IMG/VR virus record: IMGVR_UViG_2974766419_000001
Span: 8,659 to 72,658 of that record
DNA: 64,000 nucleotides
Reading direction: 5' to 3' (one strand)
DNA from: a virus
Lineage: Duplodnaviria; Caudoviricetes
Positions 17,620 through 27,402 of the stretch are shown piece after piece. Under the pieces are notes generated by a model. That model had not been told where the DNA came from and searched no databases. It saw only the letters and a program-made list of their open reading frames with translations. The position numbers and the translations under genes are program-made. How positions within the stretch are numbered: position 1 is the first letter of the stretch; the number at the start of each line of letters is the position of its first letter.

Positions 17620-18071
17620 GGCTGGGCCTCCTTCTTGCGTACGGCGCCGAGGGTTTCCTCCAGGCTGTCGCGCTCCCACGGTGGGAGTGCGTGGTTGTAG
17701 AAGGACAGCACCGAGCCGGTCAGCGGATAGGAGCCGTTCAGCCACAGCCACACGTGCTCGCCGGGCAGCGGCGGTGGGCCGGTCAGCGCCGCGGGCTCTC
17801 GTCCGTCAGACACCTGCGGCATGAGCAGCGAGATGGGCGACACCTCGAACACGAAGGCCAGCGCGGTGAGGTCGTCGACGTCGACTCGGCGGGTGCCCGA
17901 CTCGATGCGTCCCAGTCCGAGTGGGGGGATGTCGCGGCCGACCTTGGTGAGCTCGCGGGACAGTCGGGCGTATCCCCAGCCGATCCGTTCGCGGTGCCAC
18001 TTCACCGCGGCAGCGACGGCGACCGCTGTCGGCCCTGGCTCAGACTTGATTCCAACCATGTTCATCACCAT
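17616..18071 (-). CDS. XRE-family helix-turn-helix DNA-binding protein
   Basis: RERIGWGYARLSREL...LGRIESGTRRVDVDDLTALAFVFEVSP. Confidence 0.85.
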   Translation of the reverse strand: MVMNMVGIKSEPGPTAVAVAAAVKWHRERIGWGYARLSRELTKVGRDIPPLGLGRIESGTRRVDVDDLTALAFVFEVSPISLLMPQVSDGREPAALTGPPPLPGEHVWLWLNGSYPLTGSVLSFYNHALPPWERDSLEETLGAVRKKEAQP

Positions 18072-18141
18072 AAGACGTCATTGATGGCCTGTAAAATTGC
18101 ATGTTTGAACATTCAGGCCGTTATCTGGTAGACCAATCTTC

Positions 18142-18696
18142 ATGTCTGATAACGTGCGCAACCTTCCTCACACCGCCCCCGACGCCGGACTCCAGGCACG
18201 CGAGCAGGCGAACAACTACGACTCCGTGTTCGCCGACACCCCCCTCACCCTGAATAACGGCGAGGTCATCATGGTGCCCCCGCACCCCGACCTCGGGATG
18301 CTCAGCGACGAGGCGATGGCCGAGTACGAGCAGCTGCAATTCGAGATGGAGTCCTACGACCGAGAAGAGGACATCTTCATCCCCGAGCAGCGGCTCCGAA
18401 GCTCCGACGGTCACGAGACCGGCGTGGTGCTGCCCGCCTCCACCCAGAAGGGCGACCTGAAGCGCCCGTTCCGCAAGGACGGTGTGCTCGTCTCGCCGCC
18501 GCACTCGGTGCGCGTCGCCAGGATCGCGCTGGGCGAGGAGAACTATGCGAAGCTGCGCGCCGGCGGCAAGTCGGCGGCCGACGTGTGGCGCATCTGGGGC
18601 AGCCAGGCTGCAGAGCTTCAGAAGCGACAGGCCACCGACTCGAAAAGTGATGGAGGCGCACTGGCTCTGGAGGCAGTACCCGCGACAGATAGCTAG
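18142..18696 (+). CDS. tail assembly chaperone
   Basis: Position between tail tube and tape measure. Confidence 0.8.
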   Translation: MSDNVRNLPHTAPDAGLQAREQANNYDSVFADTPLTLNNGEVIMVPPHPDLGMLSDEAMAEYEQLQFEMESYDREEDIFIPEQRLRSSDGHETGVVLPASTQKGDLKRPFRKDGVLVSPPHSVRVARIALGEENYAKLRAGGKSAADVWRIWGSQAAELQKRQATDSKSDGGALALEAVPATDS

Positions 18697-19093
18697 TGAC
18701 CTATCGCAGTACCACCATCGCCGCATAAAAGAATGGCACGATGGGTCCATGTCTTCCTACGAGCTGCTTGAGCTCCTGGAATTCATGCCCGAGGAAGGTG
18801 CCTTCAAGACGGCCGCTCGCGGCGGGGAGTGGAGCGAGTCCCAGAAGGTCCAGGTCCAGATCGCCAACGAGCTCGCGGTGCTGCGCGCCGCCTACGTCAA
18901 CGGCGTCCAGGGCGACGAGTACGGGTCCAAGATGTTCTACTCGCCGCTGAAGCTGCGAGAATTTGCCGAGAAGGCTGAGGCGCAAGCCGAGGTTCGCGAG
19001 AGCTTCTATTCGTTTGCCGCCCGGCCGGGGGGTGTTCGGAAACCGAACACCACTGACGACGAGTTCTATGACGACGCGGAGGACGTGGGCTGA
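18142..19093 (+). CDS. tail assembly chaperone, frameshifted long form
   Basis: Overlapping ORF 18482-19093 in the +1 frame. Candidate shift at TCG AAA AGT, 18640-18648. Confidence 0.65.
19033..19049. repeat. 17-bp palindrome
   Basis: TGTTCGG-AAA-CCGAACA. Confidence 0.95.
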
Positions 19094-22000
19094 TGGCGAT
19101 CCACATTGACATCTACGCGCACCTCCGTAAGAACCAGCTCATCAAGGAGGGCGAGGAGCTTAAGCGGTACGTCGAATCGCTGGAGCGTGACGTCAACAAG
19201 CGCCTCGACCAGTCCGCGCGGAGGGTCGCCCTCGGCCCCACGTCGAAGCTGGTCAAGCTCAACGACCAGAATGCTGCGTCGCTCGACCGTGCCGTCAACG
19301 CCACCGATGCCTACATCCTGGCGACTGAGCGGCTGACCGAGGCCAAGAACAAGCTCCGCAACGTCAACCGCTGGGCCGAGAGGACCGAGGAGCAGCAGGA
19401 TAAGAAGGCGAAAGCGCGGGCCAAGGCTGAGGCCGAGGTCGCCGACGCCAAGCTGCAGCAGGCGTTCGCCGCACAGCAGCTGTCCAAGGCGACCAACGAC
19501 CTAACGCGCAACACCGAGGAGCTGCGCAAGGAGACCACCGAGCACGGCAAGAATCAGCGCAAGGTCACCAAGCTGGTCAAGGAGACCAAGAAGGAATTCG
19601 CCCAGCTCACCCGCACCGTCAACCGGCAGCGGCGCGAGCTGGAAGACCTGCGCTCCACGCACCAGGGCGAGATCAAGGACAACCGCGCTCTGGTCAAGCA
19701 GCTGGAGCGAGTGACTGACGCCACCAAGAAGACCACCATCGAGCGCGACAAGTACAACGAGATGGTCAAGGAGGGGGTTGCTACCCACAAGCAACTCCGC
19801 GACCAAGCCGAACGCGCGCGCCAGGCGTACATCACAGAGCAGCGGGTTCTCCGCGACACCAAGCAGAGCATCAGCGATGTGGTCGAGGGCCGCGAGAAGC
19901 ACGACGTGACGGTCAAGGCCAACACTGATTCGCTGCGCAAGCTGTCCAGCGCCGCGCTCGACAATCGCAAGCAGATCGAGAGCCTGCGCGACGCTAATCA
20001 GGACCTCATTCGTGACAACGCCGCCCTCACTCGGTCGTTCGACGGCATCTCGGAGGCCACCGATAAGGCGTTCCGCGAGCACCAGAAGTTCAACCGGATG
20101 GCGCGCGACTCCTCGGTCTCTCAGGATCAGCTGCGCCAGCAGGCCGAGCGTGTTCGCGACGCCTACGCCAGGCAGGGCCGCGATGTCGACTACGCCAGGG
20201 AGGCGCTGCGTCGACACAGCGAAAAGGAAGCTGAGCTGCAGCGACGCAAGGCGCTGACCGGCAAGCGGCATCAGGACCTCGACCCTATCCGCAGCGTGGC
20301 CCGCAACCTTGGCGCGCTCACTCCGCTCGGTACGGTGACCCCAACGCTGGTTCTCCCCCTGGGCACCCTGTTCACTCAGCTGGCCAACGGTGTAGTCGCC
20401 GCGTCACAGTCCATCGCCCTTCTGCCTGCTGTGCTGACGGCCGGCGGGGCGGCGTTCGGCACCATCACGATGGCGACCCGCGGGTTCAGTGACACCATCG
20501 GCGCGCTGGTCGACGGCGACCTGGAGAAGTTCGCCGAGGAGATCAACAAGCTCTCACCGAATGCGCAGCAGGCCGCGCTGGCGTTGCAGAGCGTGCTGCC
20601 AGAGCTTGAGGAGATCCAGAAGTCCGCGCAGGATGCGTTCTTCGAGGGGGCTCCGCAGCTGGGCCTGGAGATATTCGAGAAGCTGGGCCCGACGGTCAGC
20701 CGGTTGACAACCAGCATTGCCAAGTCGATGAATCAGTCGATGAAGGGCGTCGGCCAGCTGCTGGTGTCCCCCGAGGGGATGCGCTCTATCGAGTCAATCT
20801 CGGACAACATCGCCACCATGTTCCGTGAGATGGAGCCCGCGGTCACCGCCGTCGCGCAGGCGTTCCTCACTCTCACCGAGGAGGGTGGTTCACTGCTGCC
20901 CAAGGTGGCCCGCGATCTTGCGAAGGTCTCCGGCACGTTTGCCGAATTCCTCAAGGACACCCAGAATTCCGGTTCGCTGAAGACGTTCATGGAGCAGGGC
21001 TGGGAGGCCATCAAGGCGGTCGGCGAGGCGTTGCTCAACTTCGGCAAGATGCTCTATCAGGTGTTCGGTCTGAAGTCTCAGCAGGACATCGACCGTTTCC
21101 GCGAGACCATGCAGGAGATGACCGACCTCATCGGGGTCGTGCTCGGCACCATCAAGAAGCTGTTTGAGGACATCGCTGGGGCGTTTCGAATTCTCTCCGA
21201 TGTGGCCAAGAGCTTCGGTATGGAGATGGGCGACATTTCCACGGTTCTGGCCAGGGTTGCCGAGGCGTGGCTGTTTGTGCACGGCGTGAAGCGGCTCAGG
21301 GATTTGACCGGCGCGGCGAAGGACTTCGCTTCCGCGATGGCGATCAGGGCTGGGGCGATGGGCATCGGCGGCGCTGGCCTCTCGGCCGCCGGAGGTGCCG
21401 CCGCTGCCGGCGCGGGCGGGGCTGGTCTGCTTGCCGCTGTTGGTCCGCTCAACGCGTTCGTCGCAGCCTTGGCCGCGGGCGCTGCCGCGGTCTGGGGGCT
21501 GAACAAGGCCATTGGCGCTGTCGTGAATAGCGACTTCGGGCAGAGCATCACCGAGCCGTCGCCAGCGGACTACCAGCGCAACTTCCCTAGCCCTCCAACG
21601 CGCGACCCCCTCGTTCCTCATCGCGTCAACCCGGGCCTCCCTGTTCAAGGCGCTGGCCTGCCTCCCAATGCGGGCGCACCTCAGGATCTCGGTGGGCTGC
21701 TCGGCAATCCCAGCTCTGACATCAGTATCACCAGTCACAACTTCTACAATGACTGGTATCCGACGAACGACGACGACCCTTTCGCCGTCCCCGACATGCC
21801 GATGGACCCGGCTGCCTGGCAGTCCACGCCCGGCACCTTCGAGCTGGACAAGATTCCCATCGGCGCGTTCGGCGGCGCAGAGTGGGACGTTCCGCATGGC
21901 GTGTTCGACATTCCGCGGATGCTCAAGCCGGGTGATTCCGGCTTCGGCAAGCCGGGCGCGTGGAACGTTGACCCGTGGAAGGTTCAGCAGGCCCAGTGGC

Positions 22001-23874
22001 AGGTCGAGGACGCCAAGGTTCGCGCCGAGGAGTCGCGCAAGAACTACCTGAAGCTCGCGGCCGAGGGCACTGCAACGCAGGACGACATTAATCGGGCGGC
22101 GTACGACGTCATCCAGGCTGAGCGGTCCTGGATGGAGTCGATGCGCAGCCTGAAGGAGGCCGAACGCGGCGAGTTCGAGGCGTTCGACAAGCAGACCAAG
22201 ACGTTCGCCGACGACCTACGCGAAGCGCTCGGCGACATGGGTGCGGCGCTCGACGCCGACTTCGGCATCAGCAAGGGCCTCGCAGGCATCGCCGAGAACA
22301 TCACCAAGTTCGTCGCGACGCTCGCCGCCGCGCCGGTGCTCGGCGCGATGAAGGGCTATCAGGCGGGCCTTGGGTTCCCCGGCGGCAAGGGCGTCGGCTC
22401 GGGCCTGGTTGGCATCGCGGCCGCGCAGATGGGCTACTACGAGCAGGACGAGGATGCCACCGCGTTCTTCGGCGGGGGGTACGCCAGCCAGCAGGCGATG
22501 TGGCAGCAGTACGGGTCGAACTATGGTCTGTCTGGCTCGTACGGCCCTGGCCCCGGCAACTTCGGTGACCGCGTGCCCTACGGTTTGCCGCCCGGTACCG
22601 ACACCGGCGGTTACGGCAGCAGCGGCAAGGTGTTCCCGCCGTGGGTGCATGCGATCGAGGACATCTTCGGCATCAAGGCCAGCACCTACAAAGGTCATCA
22701 GGAGTCTGACCGCAACGAGCCGGGGTATGCGCCCAACCCGAACCGCGAGAACCGGGGTATCGACTGGACGGGTCCGACCGAGAATCTGCAGAAGTTTGCC
22801 GAGTACCTCGAACGGATCCCGCAGGCGCTCGAACAGGTCATCTGGCAGAACCCCAACACCGGACGTAAGACCGGCATCGGGGGCGGGCAGATCAACCCGG
22901 GGTATTACCCGCAGAGCACCTACGACGTGCACGGCGGCAACGACCCCAGCAACATCCACGTGCACACCCGGCAGTCGGCGTCGATCCCTCTGCCGCAGGG
23001 CTACGGTCCTCAGCAGCAGCAGCAGGTGCCGTACGGGTCGCCGTACTACCAGGTTCCGCAGGCGTACGCGTACGGCCCTCAGCCGGGCGTGTTCGATGAC
23101 GGCGGCGTGCTGCCACCCGGCCCGTCGATCGTCGTCAACAACACCGGCAAGCCGGAGCCGCTGGTTCCACCGGTGGACCCCAAGGCGACGAGCGTGGACC
23201 CCAACACCACGGTTCACGGCCTGGGCAACGCGGCACCTCCCGGCACCCCGGCGTCTCCGCAGCTCACACCGGGCGGCGCACCGACACCGCTGGGCGTGCC
23301 GACGCAGGGCACCACCATCGGCTCCGAGGTGGAGCCGTACGCGGGCTACGGCTCGGGCTTCAAGGTCGGCGGCGGCATCCTCGGCTCGGCGCTGAACGCG
23401 GCCGCGTCGGCCGCCGGTGGCGCGGGCGGTCCTGGCGGCGCGGCGACGGCAGCGGCCCTGCAGATCGGCATCCAGGAAATCCAGCGCGCCATCGAGTACG
23501 GCGCAGAGGTGGCCGGCATCACCGCGCAGGGCATCATCGACACGGTGCTCCCGGCCGGCGGCTCGAAGCTGGCGCAGGAGAATTGGATCACCCGCATTGC
23601 TGGTGGAATCATCGGCGCGGCCCCGGCGATCCCCAACCTGGCAGGCAACGGCGGCAAGCTCGGCCAGGGCGCGAACCTGCCCGGCGTCGGCCCGGCCACG
23701 CCGGAGCAGATCGCGGCGCAGAACATGGACCCGAACCGCACGCAGCACACCGGCACCGGCCCGCCCCCTGGGCCGACCAACAACACCGGCGTCTACATCG
23801 AGAACTACAACACGCTGGACAACCGCGGGGCCAGCCAGGACTTTGGCCGCTATGCAATCCCGGGGCAGCGATGA
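19093..23874 (+). CDS. tape measure protein
   Basis: 1593-aa helical Ala/Gly-rich ORF after the chaperones. Confidence 0.95.
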   Translation: MAIHIDIYAHLRKNQLIKEGEELKRYVESLERDVNKRLDQSARRVALGPTSKLVKLNDQNAASLDRAVNATDAYILATERLTEAKNKLRNVNRWAERTEEQQDKKAKARAKAEAEVADAKLQQAFAAQQLSKATNDLTRNTEELRKETTEHGKNQRKVTKLVKETKKEFAQLTRTVNRQRRELEDLRSTHQGEIKDNRALVKQLERVTDATKKTTIERDKYNEMVKEGVATHKQLRDQAERARQAYITEQRVLRDTKQSISDVVEGREKHDVTVKANTDSLRKLSSAALDNRKQIESLRDANQDLIRDNAALTRSFDGISEATDKAFREHQKFNRMARDSSVSQDQLRQQAERVRDAYARQGRDVDYAREALRRHSEKEAELQRRKALTGKRHQDLDPIRSVARNLGALTPLGTVTPTLVLPLGTLFTQLANGVVAASQSIALLPAVLTAGGAAFGTITMATRGFSDTIGALVDGDLEKFAEEINKLSPNAQQAALALQSVLPELEEIQKSAQDAFFEGAPQLGLEIFEKLGPTVSRLTTSIAKSMNQSMKGVGQLLVSPEGMRSIESISDNIATMFREMEPAVTAVAQAFLTLTEEGGSLLPKVARDLAKVSGTFAEFLKDTQNSGSLKTFMEQGWEAIKAVGEALLNFGKMLYQVFGLKSQQDIDRFRETMQEMTDLIGVVLGTIKKLFEDIAGAFRILSDVAKSFGMEMGDISTVLARVAEAWLFVHGVKRLRDLTGAAKDFASAMAIRAGAMGIGGAGLSAAGGAAAAGAGGAGLLAAVGPLNAFVAALAAGAAAVWGLNKAIGAVVNSDFGQSITEPSPADYQRNFPSPPTRDPLVPHRVNPGLPVQGAGLPPNAGAPQDLGGLLGNPSSDISITSHNFYNDWYPTNDDDPFAVPDMPMDPAAWQSTPGTFELDKIPIGAFGGAEWDVPHGVFDIPRMLKPGDSGFGKPGAWNVDPWKVQQAQWQVEDAKVRAEESRKNYLKLAAEGTATQDDINRAAYDVIQAERSWMESMRSLKEAERGEFEAFDKQTKTFADDLREALGDMGAALDADFGISKGLAGIAENITKFVATLAAAPVLGAMKGYQAGLGFPGGKGVGSGLVGIAAAQMGYYEQDEDATAFFGGGYASQQAMWQQYGSNYGLSGSYGPGPGNFGDRVPYGLPPGTDTGGYGSSGKVFPPWVHAIEDIFGIKASTYKGHQESDRNEPGYAPNPNRENRGIDWTGPTENLQKFAEYLERIPQALEQVIWQNPNTGRKTGIGGGQINPGYYPQSTYDVHGGNDPSNIHVHTRQSASIPLPQGYGPQQQQQVPYGSPYYQVPQAYAYGPQPGVFDDGGVLPPGPSIVVNNTGKPEPLVPPVDPKATSVDPNTTVHGLGNAAPPGTPASPQLTPGGAPTPLGVPTQGTTIGSEVEPYAGYGSGFKVGGGILGSALNAAASAAGGAGGPGGAATAAALQIGIQEIQRAIEYGAEVAGITAQGIIDTVLPAGGSKLAQENWITRIAGGIIGAAPAIPNLAGNGGKLGQGANLPGVGPATPEQIAAQNMDPNRTQHTGTGPPPGPTNNTGVYIENYNTLDNRGASQDFGRYAIPGQR

Positions 23875-23879
23875 TGGGG

Positions 23880-23896
23880 TGTTCGGAAACCGAACA
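23880..23896. repeat. 17-bp palindrome
   Basis: TGTTCGG-AAA-CCGAACA, intergenic. Confidence 0.95.
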
Positions 23897-23911
23897 GGCA
23901 GGAGTGTGCTG

Positions 23912-25630
23912 ATGGTCGGCAACATCGTGAAGCGGTACCCGTCGAACCCCATCACCCCACACGGCGCGTACTTCTTCCTGCGCAACAAGAAGCCGAACAT
24001 GACCTACCGGTCATACGACGACACGATGGTGTTCCACCTGATGGGCGGCATGGCGGTGCCCGACAAGGTGAACTCACCCGAGAGTGTGCAGCTCAAGAGC
24101 CTGTCCGGCCTGATCCCGCCGTGGCAGCAGATCGAGCAGAAGGGCGCAACGCAGGACGGCGTGACGTTCGTGGACGCGCTCTACGATCCGCTCGACTGCG
24201 ACATGACCGTCGAGGTGCACGGCAAAACACCGGAGCGCACCGCCCAGTTGGTGCGCGACTGGATCGCGGCGTGGGACGCGAAGAAGCCTGGCGAGCTGTC
24301 GTTCTTCGACACCGGTGGCACCGGCCGGTGGTGGGCGCCGGTGCGGTGGACGCGCAACCCGGTCGACAAGCTGCTCGGCGGCAACTTCACCAGGCAGACA
24401 TTCACCTGGCCGTTCAAGTCGCACGATGCGTTCTGGCGCAGCTACGACAACGTTGACGAATTCCGGTTCACCTACGTCGACGTGGAGGACGACTTCACCG
24501 ACCTCGACAACTGGATACTCGAATATTCAGGTGACGGAAACGGCGAGATGATCGCCGCGCCGCAGCGCACCGGCCTGCTCGCCGACATCTTCGGCGAAGG
24601 CGACTGGGCCGCCACTTGGGACCTGGGCACCACCGGCGAAGGCCGCACAGTGGTGGCCCAGCGCGACGGGTTCGCCACCACCACCAACCGGCAGATCGCC
24701 TACATTCGGATCGGGTCCATTCCGGCGTGGTCGCCGTGGGACGAGGCCGCGGTGGACATCTGGGTTCGGATGGACGACGGCACCCCCGGCGAGAACGGCA
24801 TCCGGCTGCGGCTCAAGGCGTTCAGCGCGGAGCTGGCCTACTTCGTCGACGGCAGCAAGACGGTGCTGCGTAAGGTGCCGATCATCCCGCCGCTGCCCGG
24901 CGAGACGTGGTGCGTCGTCGCGGGTGTCGGCGACAGCGACCGCACCTTCAGGGTGCTGCGCGGCTCCCAGGGCCTGTCCGAGGTGTTCACCGTCAAGGAG
25001 AACGGCACCGGCTCGCTGCTCGGTGAGGACTACCGGGGCATGGGGTTCGGCATGGAGTCGGGCACCGGCGCTTTCGTGGAGCTGCCGCCCGCCACGGTGC
25101 GCCGCTTCTGGGGCGGCGACAACGCCACGCAAACGCAGTCGGGGATGCTGCGCCGCGTCAACGTGGGCGACCAGCCAATGTGGGACCGCTACACCCTGTA
25201 TGGGCCTGGCACGTTTTACATCGCGGCTGGACCCGGCTCCACTGACATGGTGAAGTTCGGTCCCCTGGAGCGCGGGCAGGTGGTGCAGCTGCGCAGCGAT
25301 CCCCGCAAGCGCGGTGTGGTCGACCTGACCTCCGTGGCACCGTCGCCTCAGCAGCTGAAGTGGTGGCAGGAGGCGTTGAAGGACTTCATCTCGTTCGCGT
25401 CGGGCAACAACGCGTCGCCGCTGGAAGAGACGATCCTGTCGAAGTTCGGGATCAAGCCGCCGCAGGGCAACCTGTACAGCCTGCTCGAAGGCCGGTTCGC
25501 CAAGCCGATCCCGCCGAAGCCTGCGGCCGGACCCGTCAAGCCGTACAGCGTTCTGGTCAAGGTGGAGAACGGTGACGCGGACACGCGTGTTGTGGCCGCG
25601 GGCACCCCGTTGCGTAGGTGGCCGATGTGA
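23912..25630 (+). CDS. minor tail protein (distal tail-like)
   Basis: First gene after TMP, ATG after GGAG. Confidence 0.85.
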   Translation: MVGNIVKRYPSNPITPHGAYFFLRNKKPNMTYRSYDDTMVFHLMGGMAVPDKVNSPESVQLKSLSGLIPPWQQIEQKGATQDGVTFVDALYDPLDCDMTVEVHGKTPERTAQLVRDWIAAWDAKKPGELSFFDTGGTGRWWAPVRWTRNPVDKLLGGNFTRQTFTWPFKSHDAFWRSYDNVDEFRFTYVDVEDDFTDLDNWILEYSGDGNGEMIAAPQRTGLLADIFGEGDWAATWDLGTTGEGRTVVAQRDGFATTTNRQIAYIRIGSIPAWSPWDEAAVDIWVRMDDGTPGENGIRLRLKAFSAELAYFVDGSKTVLRKVPIIPPLPGETWCVVAGVGDSDRTFRVLRGSQGLSEVFTVKENGTGSLLGEDYRGMGFGMESGTGAFVELPPATVRRFWGGDNATQTQSGMLRRVNVGDQPMWDRYTLYGPGTFYIAAGPGSTDMVKFGPLERGQVVQLRSDPRKRGVVDLTSVAPSPQQLKWWQEALKDFISFASGNNASPLEETILSKFGIKPPQGNLYSLLEGRFAKPIPPKPAAGPVKPYSVLVKVENGDADTRVVAAGTPLRRWPM

Positions 25631-27363
25631 CGATCTCGTACTCGGATTGGGAGCCGGAGCCGGAGCGCCAGGCTCGGCTGGAGCGTGCGCGGCAGGAGAT
25701 CCTGTACGGCGATCCGATGACCGCGGCCGACGCTGCCGAGCGCCTGGCCGAGGAAGAGTCGGTCATCAGTCAGGAGTGGGTCGTTTCGATTCACGACAAG
25801 CTCTGGCGGCGCGCCGGCGAGTTCGGCGAGGACGTGATTTCGCTGGAAGGGTCGGACCCGCGCAACGGGTTGCCGACCTCCACGCTGAAGGTGAAGGGCA
25901 ACTGCGAGTTCACCGACATGCTGATGAGCTGCAAGAGCACGTTCGTCGGCCTGATGGTAGAGACCGGCGGCATCCGTATGCCGTTCTATGTCGACTCGTT
26001 CGACTACGAGTTCGAGGACGGCGCGTGGGTGGGCACCGCGCAGCTGCTCGGCATCTACGACATCCTCAACTACATCGTCATCTGGCCGACGTGGTGGCTG
26101 CCGCTGGCCGCGCAGCCGTTCTCCCACGCCATCTACATCGGCGGGCTGTGCACCTGCATCGAAGCGATGATCATGGAGAACTCGCTGCGGCTCCAGTCGG
26201 GCATCTGGGAGTTCGTCAACAACGTGGTGTCGCTCAACCCTGACATGCGCGCCTGGATTGGCACGCTGCTTCAGTCGAACGGCAACATCTTCGACATGCT
26301 GAAGACGCCCATCTACGTGGTGCGCACCAACCCGCTGCTCGATACGAGTCCGCTGGTCGCGCGCACGGTGCGGATGGAGACGTGCGGCGCTGTCATCGAC
26401 GACATCACCCGCGCCTACGGGGTGACGGTGAGCGTGGACCTGTGGCTGCCGGGCGACGAGCAGCCGGACTACTGGACCAAGAACTTCGCGTCGATGCGGC
26501 TCACCCAGCCGACGTACGTGGTGACCGTCAAGGACCGCTCGCGGATCACCGGCCCGACCGGCACGGTGATCGACTCGGCGGTGCGTCAGGTGGTCGATGT
26601 GGCCGGGTCGTTCTTCGGTGACCTGCTGCCGATCATTCAGAAGGTGCCAGGTCGCGACGGGGTGTACATCTCCGAGCAGCTGGGCGTCGACTACGTGGGG
26701 CCGTGGGCACTGCTGATCGCGCCCGAGCCGGGGGAGAAGGGCAACGTCGTCACCTGCCGGATCAGCTTCCACACGCCGAAAGGCTGGCAGCACATCATCG
26801 GCGGTCGCAGCCCGAAGTGGCTCAACGACCTGATGAACGCGACATTCTCCTGGATGATCGACGCGCTCTCGATCCTGATCGGTTTCACTGGAATCCCCAG
26901 CAATCTGCTGGAGGGGTTCATGAACAACACCCTGCTGGCGTTCCAGCTGGTGCAGAACTACGCGCGGCGCAACGAGGTCGGCCCGTATCACCCTGGCATC
27001 GAGGTGTTCCACGCGACGGCCAGCGCCCCGTACAACATCGAGACGGTGTTCGGCTTCATCAACGCCATGTGGGATTCGCGCGGCTGGGTGTCGGCGATCG
27101 TGACGTTCCGCAACGGCGAGGTGTACACCCTCGGCAAGGATGTCTTCAAGGGCGGGCTGATCTCTCTTCTTTACATGGAGAGGACGCGAATCTTCACCGA
27201 CTACATCGAAGAGATCAAGTTTCGACTCGACGCTACGCACCGCGATATTCTCGTGCAGATAGGTGACGGGAAAGCTGAAGAGTCCCCGTTGGCGAAGCAC
27301 CAGCGGTTCATGACCGGAATCCTGGAGTCCATCAACGTGGCACTCCTGACACCGCAAAGCTAG
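25618..27363 (+). CDS. minor tail protein (baseplate hub-like)
   Basis: 581 aa, typical second gene after TMP. Confidence 0.85.
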   Translation: MADVTISYSDWEPEPERQARLERARQEILYGDPMTAADAAERLAEEESVISQEWVVSIHDKLWRRAGEFGEDVISLEGSDPRNGLPTSTLKVKGNCEFTDMLMSCKSTFVGLMVETGGIRMPFYVDSFDYEFEDGAWVGTAQLLGIYDILNYIVIWPTWWLPLAAQPFSHAIYIGGLCTCIEAMIMENSLRLQSGIWEFVNNVVSLNPDMRAWIGTLLQSNGNIFDMLKTPIYVVRTNPLLDTSPLVARTVRMETCGAVIDDITRAYGVTVSVDLWLPGDEQPDYWTKNFASMRLTQPTYVVTVKDRSRITGPTGTVIDSAVRQVVDVAGSFFGDLLPIIQKVPGRDGVYISEQLGVDYVGPWALLIAPEPGEKGNVVTCRISFHTPKGWQHIIGGRSPKWLNDLMNATFSWMIDALSILIGFTGIPSNLLEGFMNNTLLAFQLVQNYARRNEVGPYHPGIEVFHATASAPYNIETVFGFINAMWDSRGWVSAIVTFRNGEVYTLGKDVFKGGLISLLYMERTRIFTDYIEEIKFRLDATHRDILVQIGDGKAEESPLAKHQRFMTGILESINVALLTPQS

Positions 27364-27366
27364 GGG

Positions 27367-27383
27367 TGTTCGGTTTCCGAACA
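27367..27383. repeat. 17-bp palindrome
   Basis: TGTTCGG-TTT-CCGAACA, intergenic. Confidence 0.95.
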
Positions 27384-27402
27384 CCCAAGGGAGGCGAACG
27401 TT

